Assembly (NCBI RefSeq): GCF_004010195.1
Contig: NC_057718.1
Span: 9,248,209 to 9,284,757 of the forward strand
Direction of reading: 5' to 3'
Origin: Chiloscyllium plagiosum
Taxonomy: Eukaryota
DNA length: 36,549 bases
Below are positions 21,541 to 32,329 of the stretch, one piece after another. The translations under genes were made by a program, and so were the position numbers. The notes under the pieces were generated by a model. That model had not been told where the DNA came from. It made no database searches and worked only from the letters and a program-made list of their open reading frames with translations. The first letter of the stretch is position 1; every line of letters begins with the position of its first letter.

Positions 21541-21719
21541 TATCTTATCTTTTTCTACAATAAATAGAGTCACTCTGGCATTCAATCCCAAAGATATTTC
21601 TTAACGTATCCTTCTCCTCAACTTGAACCCAAGTTAATAGTCTGGCATCAAGTCAAAAGATTATTCTGTAGAAGCCCTACGGTGTGGAAACAAGCCATTC
21701 AGCCCATCAGTACCAGGAT

Positions 21720-22302
21720 CTCAAAGGCACAACATCGCCTCTTCCTCAGGAGGCTTAGGAAATTCGGCATGTCCATACGGACCCTCACCAACTTTTACAG
21801 ATGCACCATAGAAAGCATTCTGCCCAGGTGCATAAGAGCCTGGTATGGCAACTGCTCTGCCCAGGACCATAAGAAACTGCTGATGGTGGTGTGCACAGCC
21901 CAGATCATCACAGAAGCCAACCTCCCATCCATGGACTCCAGTTACACAGCTTGTTGCCATGGAAAGGCTGCCAACATCATCACAGACCCCTCCCAGCCTG
22001 GTAATGCTCTCCTCCAACCTCTTCCGTCAGACAGAAGATACCGACGCTTGAATACACACCAACAGGTTCAGGAACAGCTTCTTCCCCGCTGTTATTAGAC
22101 TGCTGAATGGACCTCTCTAACTTCAAATGATGTTGACCTTGCTTTGTGCATCTCCTGTACAGTGTAACCCTGTATGACCTTGCGCTGTCTAAGCACCCAA
22201 TGGCCTGCATGTTCTCGTTTGCTATGATCTGCCTGGACTACTCACAAAAACAAAGCTTTCCACTGTACTTAGGTACATGTGACAACAATAAATCAAATCA
22301 AG
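21720..22302 (+). mobile_element. Rex1/Babar-clade LINE 3' end, nested in an antisense HE1-like SINE (21670-22448)
   Basis: ORF 21682..22098 reads KAQHRLFLRRLRKFG...LTNFYRCTIESIL...WYGNCS...KAANIITDPS...LPSDRRYR; tail aataaatcaaatcaa. Confidence 0.85.
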
Positions 22303-23703
22303 TCCATACCAACTCTCTGATGAGTATCCCACCCAGGCCTACACCTTACCCCATCCCTTAATTCCCCAGCCACCCTAACCTGCACAGCTTTGGACTGTGG
22401 GAGGAAGTCAGAGCACCCATAGGAAACCCATACAGACATAGGGAGAATAAGAATCGATCACATTGCTGGGGGTCTGGAGCCACGCATAGGCCAAACTGGG
22501 TAAAGACGACAGATTTCCTTCCCTAAAGGACATTAATGAATGAGTTGTGTTTTGTAATGATTGCAATTATTTCTGGGAACAGTTTTCTTCAAAGGTCTCC
22601 AGCTGGTAGGATTTGAACCAGTGGGCCTATCTGATGAGTTCTGGCCTCCTTCTTACTGCTCCTTACTACAGGACACCAGTACACACCACGGCATGTCAAT
22701 GCGTCCCCATTTACTCTGTTCACTTCTGCGAAAGGCCTTGGGATGTTTAAAAATGGCACAGGTGCAATATAAATGTAGAATGTTGCTGTAAAGGCAGTGA
22801 AGTCTTGGCACTGCATATACGTGGATTCAGCAAGTTTCCAAATGCTTCTCAGAATCATGTAGAAAAATCCTGAATCTGACTGTTTTCTTTTCCTGTAATC
22901 AGCAAACGATAGCAAAGCTCCTGTTCCTAGAAGTCTGACCTTGAATTTATAACTCAGTGTTCATTATTGTCAAGGGCAGATCTCAGCACGAACTGTGAGG
23001 TGTTTCGTGCAAGCAAAGAAATTTGGTTTTGTCACCTTTTAACGAGATTCAGTAATTTTATTTGCAGCTGAGATTGCTAACTTGCATTTAGTTAACACCT
23101 ACCACATCCCAAAATGCTTTGTCCCCAGGGTCATCAAACACAGTCTAACACCGAGTCACAAAAGTAGATAGTAGCACAAGCGACTTCAAAGGGGTAGATT
23201 TTTAACGAGTATCTTAAAGGAGGACAGAGAGGGAAAAAGATGGAGAGAACACTCCCAAGTTTAGTGTCTTGGCAATTGAAGTGATGCTGCTAGTGGTGAG
23301 GGAAGGAAATCTCAATATGTAAAAGGCCAGAATTGGAGGAGAATTACAGATCTCAGAGGGTTGGAGAAGATTATAGAGATGGGAAGGGGCAAACTTCCTG
23401 GAGGACTATACCCAATAAGATGTTGATTTTAACATCGAAGAGTTGCTTGACTGAAATCCCAGTGCAGGTGAACAAGCACTGCAGCAGTAATTTAGTTCCC
23501 TCTGGTCGTAAAGATCAACATAAAATAAACTGATTGGGGCGGGGCTTGGTAGGTGCCAGGAGAATTGTCCAATTTCACAAGGGAAGTAAACCGTAAGAAG
23601 TGGAAACCTTGACTGACTTTCTTTAAAAACCTCCCTAGCCCAGGGCTACAAAGGGTAATTGTTGCACACCCCCCAGCATCTCCACCTGTCATAGGTTACT
23701 TAC

Positions 23704-23709
23704 CTTGAA
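23704..23709 (-). other. Candidate 6-nt micro-exon (TTCAAG)
   Basis: Minus strand reads ttgtctctatttaacctCAG|TTCAAG|GTAAGTaa. Confidence 0.5.
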
Positions 23710-23786
23710 CTGAGGTTAAATAGAGACAATGATTAAACACAGGGTTGGACATAAAATTACCAGTTATCAAGGCGATTTACACTTAC

Positions 23787-23875
23787 CATTCTGATTCCCC
23801 TCATTTCTAAGCTGTTTGTAATCCAGCATTGAATGAATTGGACAATTTTGTGAACATGTGAATCTGTCTTTTATA
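23787..23875 (-). promoter_or_regulatory. Candidate TATA promoter and short first exon ending ATG|GTAAGT
   Basis: Minus-strand TATAAAA at 23875-23869; ATG AGG GGA ATC AGA ATG at 23804-23787; consensus donor GTAAGT at 23786-23781. Confidence 0.5.
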
Positions 23876-24112
23876 GCAGTGTTCCCCAGTTGTGATTTCC
23901 CCTCCCACAATCCACTGCCTTCAAAGGCCTTGCTGCAGTTTTTCCCAACAGGCTCTCCTACTCAGACTCCCTCATCAAACACCCTCGGCAAAGCAGAACT
24001 CATCCGAAGCCCTGACAGTAATATCTTAACCAAGTCCTATTCACACGTTGTCCTCACACTCTCTCCTCCTCCACTTGCTCCCAGTCCACTGATGCTCTAA
24101 CCTGTACCCTCG

Positions 24113-24989
24113 TGTTGATATGGACCAGACCAGTACCCCTCAAAATATATTAAGAAGGTAGCCTAGACCCTAACCTTTTCTTATTTCAAATGATAATGCC
24201 AGGTTCTGTGTTCCTGATGCAATTCGATTAGTCAAATTACTTGACATTAAGCAAAACACAATTTATTCAAACACTGGAGTTGAAACGCAACAAAAGAAAG
24301 GAACTTGGAATAACTTAACTCTACTGAAAAACTTAACAGAATATTAAACACAGTAACTATTACTAATAAACTGTTCCAACGTAGGAACATCCTTGGCAAA
24401 TGCAAATTCCGAAATCAGAATTGTCTCCCATGCAATCCAGCAGCCTTTGAAGAGGATCCCCAATTCTTGGCAGTACTGAAGAGACAGGAAAATAGCTTCC
24501 ACTTATTAAAGATCCCAGCAGCAACTGCTGAAAGCTAAACTAAAGATCCTTGATTCTGTGCGTGGGAGCTTGACAACACCCATTCAGGCTGCTTCTATTG
24601 TTCCAGTTTTAAAAACACACCCCAAGGCTTCACAAGTTGTTTATTCAGTTGAGTACTCAGCGCCTGTCTTTATACTTACCACACTGATTCCCCTCATTTC
24701 TGAGTTGTTTGTAATCCAGTATTGAATGAATTGGATAAGTTTGTGAACGTTTGTGTTTGTCTTTTATAGCACTGTTCCCCAGCTGTGATTTCCCTCCCAC
24801 AATCCACCACCTTCAGAGGCCTTGCTGCAGCTTTACTCAACAGGCTCTCCCACTCAGGGTCCCATCACTCCCCTTCAGAAAAGCTGAATTCATCCGAACC
24901 CCTGACAGTAATATCTTAACCACGCCCCCAATCTCTCTCTAAAAGAAACTAGGACAAAACATACCTCTTAAAGCCACAGCATCATCACA
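24113..24989 (-). mobile_element. Solo LTR inserted in an L2-like fragment and carrying a 254-bp copy of adjacent DNA
   Basis: TG...CA termini (tgttgat...catcaca), minus-strand AATAAA near 24262-24267, and L2-like sequence resuming on both sides. No clear TSD. Confidence 0.6.
24669..24922 (+). repeat. Diverged direct copy of 23776-24032
   Basis: Colinear from ttta(c/t)acttacc to cctgacagtaatatcttaacca. Confidence 0.92.
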
Positions 24990-25361
24990 CTGTTTAAACC
25001 TCTCCAGAGCATCGCCACTCTCCACTCCCAAAATCCGTCCAAACCCATGCCCTTCTCAGAGGTCAACTGAGCTCCAAGTCAAAACTTTAGTGTATTTCTC
25101 ATTTTCTTCACATCCCCTCCAGCCCCTTCCAACAGAGGCAGTTGTCCATTCAGCTTTCTAATCTGTGTCAATCCCTGCCTAGGTCTCTGCACCACATTCT
25201 CTTCTGAGAACACCCTACTTAAACCAACATTTTCGACAAAGCATTTCAGCACCCGTACTTTATTCTTTGGCTTTGAATTGATTTTCTATCTGTTGCAATG
25301 CTGTGAAATGACTTTAGGATCTTTGTAACTAAATTTAAAGTGACTTTAAATATGCTAATCA

Positions 25362-25565
25362 TTATGATTTGGAGATGCCGGTGTTGGACTGGGGGTGTAC
25401 AAAGTTAAAAATCGCACAACACCAGGTTATAGTCCAACAGGTTTAATTGGAGGCACTAGATTTTGGAGCACTGCAGGTGGTTGATGATGAAGGAGCAGTG
25501 CTCCGAAATCTAGTGCTTCCAATTAAACCTGTTGGACTATAACCTGGTGTTGTGTGATTTTTAAC
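25362..25565. mobile_element. Fold-back PLE family B mini-element with mutated hammerhead
   Basis: Near-perfect inverted arms at about 25404-25474 and 25494-25565; atgatgaaggagcagtgctccgaaatctagtg. Confidence 0.82.
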
Positions 25566-25829
25566 TATCTTAATTGTTGTAATTGAATTTGAGAGACAGC
25601 TTCATATTGGCATTTTAAGCACTTTCTTTCATGGGGCGCGGGTACCACTGACAAGACCAGCAAGTGTTTCCTATCCCTAATTGTCCTTGAACTGAGTGGG
25701 TTGCTAAGCGACCTGAATGTCAGCCACTTGCTTGTGGGTCTGGAGTGACATGTAGGCCAGACTGGGTAAGGATGGCAGATTTTCTTCCCTGAAGGGCAAT
25801 AGTGAACCAAATGATTTATTTCCCAACAG

Positions 25830-26310
25830 AGAAAGGAAAGATATAAAAGGGACCTAGGGGACAATGTTTTCACGCAAAGGGTGGTGCATGTGTGGAATGA
25901 GCTGCCAGAGGAAGTGGTGGAAGCTGGTACAATTACAACATTTAAAAGGCACCTGGATGCGCATATGAATAGGAAGGGTTTGGAGAGATATGGATCAAGA
26001 TTAGAGTGGTGCTGGAAAAGCACAGCAGGTCTGACGGCATCCGAGGAGCAGGAAAATTGACGATTCAGGGAAAAGCTCTTCATCAGGTTGAATGGGCTTT
26101 TACCCGAAACGTCGATTTTCCTGCTCCTCTGATGCTGCCTGATCTGCTGTGCTTTTCCAGCACCACTCTACTCTTGACTCTGATCTCCAGTACTCACTTT
26201 CACCTTGGAGAGATATGGGCCAAGTGCTGGCAAATGGGAGCAGATTAATTTAGAATATCAGATCAACATGGACAAAAGGGAACATTGCCATGCTGTACAT
26301 CTCTACATCT
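25830..26310 (+). mobile_element. CR1 3' end inserted in a SacSINE-like SINE and interrupted by a PLE fold-back element
   Basis: gatataaaagggacctagggg...tggaatgagctgccagaggaagtggtgg. Confidence 0.8.
25994..26204. mobile_element. Fold-back PLE family A mini-element with a 14-bp TSD
   Basis: TSD ttggagagatatgg at 25980-25993 and 26205-26218; inverted arms; two degenerate hammerheads back to back. Confidence 0.85.
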
Positions 26311-26721
26311 GTTGATTCATTATTACACTCTAAATTCCAGATTGCTTTTTATTGAATTGAAATTTCACATCAGCCATGGCAGGATTTAAAGCTCAGAACA
26401 TTACTTTTGTCTCTGTGTTAACAGTCCAGTGGCAATACCACGAGGCCATCACCAAACCAGGGATGGAGAGTAGATTGCCTTCTCTAAGGGCATTATTGAG
26501 CCTAGATGGGTTTTCAATTCGAGATTTATTAATTGAATTCAGATTCCACCAGCCGCCCTGATGGGATTTGAACCCATGCTGCGGTGTTACCATCTCCCCT
26601 GCATTTCCCAGGAGATCACCCTGATTGTTGGTCCCTCTATCTGCAGCAATCCTGCTGAAATCTCTACTTTCCTTCCATAGATTTTTAACACATGCCTAGA
26701 AACCTAGTACCTCTTATACCT

Positions 26722-26883
26722 ACGCACACTTGTACACACGCACATACTTACACACACACATGCGCGTGCACACATATGCACACACACAAGCACAGACGTA
26801 CACACACACATGCTTACGCACACAAGCATACACACACGTATATATACACATGCATGTGTACACACACACACACACACACACAG
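26722..26883 (+). repeat. Degenerate (CA)n microsatellite
   Basis: Directly visible. Confidence 0.9.
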
Positions 26884-28294
26884 AGTTAACACTCCAGGTT
26901 AACATTGTCTGTTGCACTCTCGTACCTGTTTCCAGAGATTCTCTCACTATCATTTTCTTTCAAGGCTAAAGACATAAGTTCCAGTGAATTCAAGATAGAG
27001 TGGCTACAGAAGGTTAAGGGGCATTTGGAAATCTTAGCACATTGACATGCCAACAATTTTATATCTGAATAGAGTGAGTTATCTTTCAGTAAATGCTGAG
27101 GTAAAACAACCACGTGTTTCACTAAAGCCTAGACTTCAACATTGACCACGCTGTGCAAGTGGTTAGAAAATACTTTGGGCACCATGAGATCATGAAAGGT
27201 GCTATATAAATGCAAGGTTGCTCCTCAAAGCTCTTGCAGTAAACAATTACAACAGTTATAGATGCCAGCATACTTCAGATCATTCATGGGCCAATGCTTT
27301 GGAAAGCCAATTCTTGGAAGCCACAGCGATGGGACAGTGAAATACTGCTATCACGACCACATCCTGAGGTCAAAACTGGAGGAAATGGAACCATCAAGTG
27401 CCAACTTTAACTAATTCTATCTTGAGCAGAATGGGGCATTCTGAACTGGATACCAATCACGATGGCACACTCAGCCTTTGTAAACAGAACCTCAGCATAA
27501 CTTGCAACAAATTCCACATGAAGCCAATGTATAGACAATGTTGGCACTCAATAAGATGGCTGCTGACAGAGTGCAAAGTCTTGTTTGCAATTCCGCAGTA
27601 CAAGGGCTACATTGTTCCTTGACTTTGATCAGTAAACATCAACACTGTGACGGGATGCTTGAGACTCTTGGGCCCAGTGAATCGGACCTTTGTATCAAAG
27701 CCGGGCACTGGAGCCCCACATGCATCATGTGCTGCTAATTATGGACTTAAGGGTGTATTGTGATCTGCTCAAGGGCCTCACAAGACAGGCCGCCGATAGG
27801 GTCACTCCTGTGACATAACCATCTTCTAAGGTCGTCTGAAGAAAATGGATTCTCCCTGCCAGCCCCTTCCCCCTCTGCCCCCAACCACCGCCAACTCCCC
27901 TCATACACCCTGACACTTCCAGACAACAAACATCTCAAGATACAAGGGCCTCCAATCAGCAAAGTCATCTGCTCTTCTCCATCAACATAGTTTGATAATT
28001 CTGATAACTCTGCTGCCCTCTCGCCCAGATGCTAAGGAAAACATTGACCATTTAACAATGTCCTTTAAGACGTCAAATCAAATCCGACACTCTGGCATAA
28101 TGTGACTGAAGTAGATATGCTCCTGCCAGTCCATTAAAAAGGGGCATATTGTACTTCATATATATCCAGTCAAAATCCGGGACAGTGTCCCAGGCTGTGC
28201 AACAACTAACCTCCATATCATCTAGTTAGAGGAAAGCAATTCAGCTATATAATTTGTTAATTAATGTATCAAGTAAATTGAAATGTGTCAGGGC

Positions 28295-29008
28295 ATGTGT
28301 GTAAATTTATGTGTGAGAGTGTGTGTGAGTGTTCATATATGTGTGTGTATATTTGTGTGGGGGTTCATGTACGAGTGAGTGAGAGTGAATGTCTGTGTGT
28401 GTGACAGAGGTGTCTGAGTGTGTGACGTATGAATGTATATGTTTACGCATGTGGGTGTGCATTTGTGTGTGTGATTAGCTGAGTGTGTAAGACTTTGTTT
28501 GTGAGAGTGAATGCGTGCATGTGAGAGAGAGGTATTTGAGTGTGTGTATGAATGTGTGTGTGTCTGTGAATGTGAGGGAGTGTGAGAGTGTGAATTCTTG
28601 CCCCAGAGGGCAGTTAAGAGTCAATCACATTGTTATAGATCTGGAATCACATGTACGCCAAGCCCAGTAAGGACAATGGATTTCCCTCCTTAACGGGATC
28701 AATAACCCAGATGGGTTTTTTCAACAATTGTGTGAGGCAATGTGGGTATGCACGTGTGTGTGTGCGTGAGTGTGCATGCGGAACTATGTAATTGTGTGTG
28801 AACATGAGCTGGAGCGCATTTGTGCATTTATGCAAGTGAATGTGTGTGTGCGAGCTGTGTGTGTATGAATGTGGTACAGTTTGTTCATGGGACTGCATGT
28901 GTGTGCTTGTGTGAGTGTGAGTAAGCTTGAGCTGGGCTGTGTGTATGAATTTGAGAGAGTTTGTGAGATCATAATTGAGAGAATGGATGCAATTAACTGT
29001 GTGTGAGA
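28295..29008 (+). repeat. GT-rich low-complexity tract split by a SINE fragment (about 28592-28730)
   Basis: Degenerate (TG)n; the central piece matches 29790-29925. Confidence 0.8.
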
Positions 29009-29526
29009 CTGGGGCAGGGGAACCTTGGACAATGAAGGAGGAATTTGCAATATTAAGGTGTCCCCACACTAATGATGTCTATCACACCAGTATGATATCT
29101 AGTTACTACTGTGCAATAAACTTTGTCTGGATTAAGACAACAGCCTTTCTCATTAAACTAATTTTCCTCATCCATACCAGATCAACAGGCCCTATAAATC
29201 CCAACCAATAAAGGGGATGGTGGCAACAGATCTACCAGGTAGATCTTACCCCATGCTGAGCTGTGGTGAGGATTTATCTTAGATCATGATGGCAGTGATG
29301 GGTAACATTGCTTCTTATAACGAGACAGCAAGTCATGGATGTCAACAAGAGTTGAATCTTCAAGAACCCTATAATTAAGAAATCTGTGCAAGATTCTAGA
29401 GGCAGGATCTGCCATCGATGGTGAAAGATGCCCAGCAGTGAGTATGACCGCAAACCTCCATGGAGCTGTCAAATCACTCACACCAGAACAGCTACAGATT
29501 GCATTAGGAGCCAACAATGTGTAAAA

Positions 29527-29640
29527 CTCAGAAGAGACAGAATTGCTGATGAATCTTTGTCGGATCTATCAAGAGTCAAAGGAAGATTTGACTCTGGAGA
29601 AAGCCATTCAGGTGGGAAGTGAAGCAGAAGTCTAGAAGCA
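29527..29640 (+). pseudogene. Small Ty3/Gypsy gag-like remnant
   Basis: Joining two frames gives LRRDRI..ADESLSDL/ESKEDLTLEKAIQV, resembling the gag motif IRDRIV.GI.D..L...L....DLTL.KA. Confidence 0.5.
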
Positions 29641-29744
29641 ATACTGATCAACATTAAGAAGGGAAGATCAACTTTATTACAGGAGATCAGCATAACATGA
29701 TCATGCCAAGTAAAAGACAATCCTCAAGTGAAGCTCCTCACTTT

Positions 29745-30090
29745 TTAAAAAATTCATTCATGGGTTCTGGCCTGGCCAGCATTTAGCAACCTAATTGCTT
29801 CAGAGGGCAGTTAAGAGTCAATCACATTGCTATGGATCTGGAATCCTATGTAGGCCAAACCGTGTAATGACAGCAGGTTTCTTTCCCCAAAGGGCATCAG
29901 AGAACCAGATGGGGTTTTCCCAACAATTGACAATGTTGCATGGCCATCATTGTATTCTTAATTCCTGACATTTATTGGATTCAAATTCCACCATCTGCCA
30001 TGGTAGGAATCAGACCCAGGTCCCCAGAGCATTACCTGTGTCTCTGGATTAAAAATCCAATGATAATACCACTAGGCCATCACCTCCCCA
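29745..30090 (-). mobile_element. SacSINE1/Deu-like SINE, near full length
   Basis: Reverse-complement similarity to 14476-14803 from head to tail. Confidence 0.75.
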
Positions 30091-30204
30091 GTAACCATTT
30101 CACCAGCAATGTAATTACTGCAAATACACTCCATCCACAGCTGAAATTAACATCCTGTATTGTGGGAGAGTGCATGGGCAGGATTTTGCAGTGTGATTGA
30201 GTTT

Positions 30205-30755
30205 ACGTATATGTGGGAGCATGTGTGCATGCGTGAGTGGTTACACGCATGAGTGACTGAACATGTGTGAGAGTGAGTATATATGGGCGCATGTGTACAC
30301 GTGTGAGTGAGCGGTTACACGCATGAGTGACTGAACATGTGTATGAGAGTGAGTATAAGTGTGAGAATGTGCGCATGTGTGTGTGAATGGTTACAAGCAT
30401 GGGTGACTGAACATGTGTATGAGAGTGAGTATATGTGTGAGCATGTGTGCACATGTATGTGAATGGTTACATGCATGAGTGACTGAACATGTGTATGAGC
30501 GTGAGTATATGTGTGAGCATGTGTGCACGTGTGTGTGAATGGTTACACGCGTGAGTGACTGAACATGTGTATGAGCGTGAGTATATGTGTGAGCATGTGT
30601 GCACATGTGAGTGAATGGTTACATGCACGAGTGACTGAACATGTGTATGAGAGTGAGTATGTGTGTGTGCATGTGTGCACGTGTGTGTGAATGGTTACAC
30701 GCATGAGTGACTGAACATGTGTATGAGAGTGAGTATGTGTGTGTGCGTGTGTGTG
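30205..30755 (+). repeat. 76-bp minisatellite, about 7 copies
   Basis: The anchor gtgactgaacatgtgt recurs at 30253, 30327, 30403, 30479, 30555, 30631 and 30707. Confidence 0.95.
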
Positions 30756-31219
30756 ATTTCCAGAACAACATTGATTTAGCTGTTTAAGGAGGCTTTGATC
30801 CCATCATCACCACGGTTATGTGGTCCCCATTGGAGTCAATATTTATTAATCATACCATCATAAAGAACAGGATTGAAATAAACAACAAGGAAAGAGCTCA
30901 ATGATAGGCCTCCATACCACGCCAGTAAACTGTCACATAAAACAAAAAGTAATTGTTAATTACAGCACTCACACTCAATAGAAATTGATCCATTCAACAA
31001 ATCCTTTGGGACATCAGAAAGGATTTGCTGTCATGCTCAAGATTAATGACAATAGAAGGACACAGGAATAGAAGCATTACTGAGACAAGGCAGAATATTT
31101 AAATGTCAACAGGATAGGAACTCCCAGTATTAATGGGGAACAATTCTCTTTAAAATATCAGCAACATGTTCATGCTTGTAACCTAATCTGCTGAAGGCCA
31201 AGGGGCTACTTCAGCATCT

Positions 31220-31992
31220 GTTGTAACCTCCACCAACTCAAGTTTCTCAGGCCCTGACCCACACCAATTCCCGTTCACTCAGAAACCCCGTCTTCACTTC
31301 CCAACATTACCTCCTACTCCTACAGTGCCTCCACGTTTAAAATTCTCATCCTACTTTACAAATCTCTCCCTGGTGTCACCCCCTCCCTACCTGAGTGACC
31401 TCCTCCACCTCACAAACCTATGGGATCTCTCCATCCCTCGGGACTGTGGCTCCTTTAGCATTCAGTGACTTACTTAGGGGTGGTGTGGTGGCTCAGTGGT
31501 TAGCACCGCTGCCTTATAGCACCAGGGACCCAGGTTTGATTTCAGCCTTGCATGACTGTCTGTGTGGAGTTTGCACATATCCCCCCCATGTCTGCGTGGG
31601 TTTCCTCTCATAATCCAAAGATGTGCAGGTTAGGTGAATTGGCCATACTGTTAGGTGCATCAGTCAGAGGGAAATGGGTCTGGGTGGGTTACTCTCTAGA
31701 GGGTTGGTGTGGACTTGTTGGGCCGAAGGGCCTGTTTCCACACTGTAGGGAATCTAACCTTACTTTATCCCCATTTTCGATAACCTTGCCCGCACCATTG
31801 AACTCTGAAATTCCCTCTCAAAATTTCTACCACTCCCTGCCCCTTCAAGACAGATCCTCACTGAGGTCTTCCAATCTGATGCAGTGCCTTTGATTCAGTC
31901 TCCAATCCTGTCTGGCTTACCTTCCTGCAACGCTCCTTGGCAGTGGTTTGCGAAGTTAAAGGCACTACATGAATTCAAGTTGTTGTTGTTGC
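31220..31992 (+). mobile_element. L2-like LINE 3' end interrupted by a SINE
   Basis: tttaaaattctcatcct...aaatctctccctgg...; ends gttaaaggcactacatgaattcaagttgttgttgttg. Confidence 0.6.
31478..31760 (+). mobile_element. HE1/V-SINE-like SINE
   Basis: gtggtggctcagtggttagcaccgctgcc...gggccgaagggcctgtttccacactgtagggaatctaa. Confidence 0.88.
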
Positions 31993-32329
31993 AAATGGCC
32001 TGTCTTTGAAAATTGTTCCAGTGGCTTTGTAAGCATGAGCCATGCGCAGGGGTCTGAAGCAGGTATAGAGATCAGGGTGTTGGCTAGGACATTATTGCTG
32101 GTCTCAAAGATCCTGACATAGAGAGGCTAATAAAAATTATTTCCAGTATCTGTGGCGGCACAATTCCAGATTCAGGGATTTGTTGATGTAAGGGCAGCCT
32201 GCAACAGGATGCTAAAGGGTAGAAGCAGAATTTTACTCATTTCCCCACTACAAACTTTGTCCTGGTATTCATTCTCCTTTAATATTGGTTTGGTTCAATA
32301 TTATTCTTTATTCACAATCTCCTCACTTA

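Noticed and set aside
30203..30755. His/Thr-rich ORFs and CRISPR-like periodicity
   Set aside because: Whole units are near-identical with no unique spacers, there are no cas genes, and the context is vertebrate. The ORFs are translations of TG/CA repeats.
30760..31200. AT-rich unique stretch with TAAT/homeobox-like words (also 36000-36300, 1490-2080)
   Set aside because: Conservation cannot be judged from a single sequence, and such short motifs are expected by chance.
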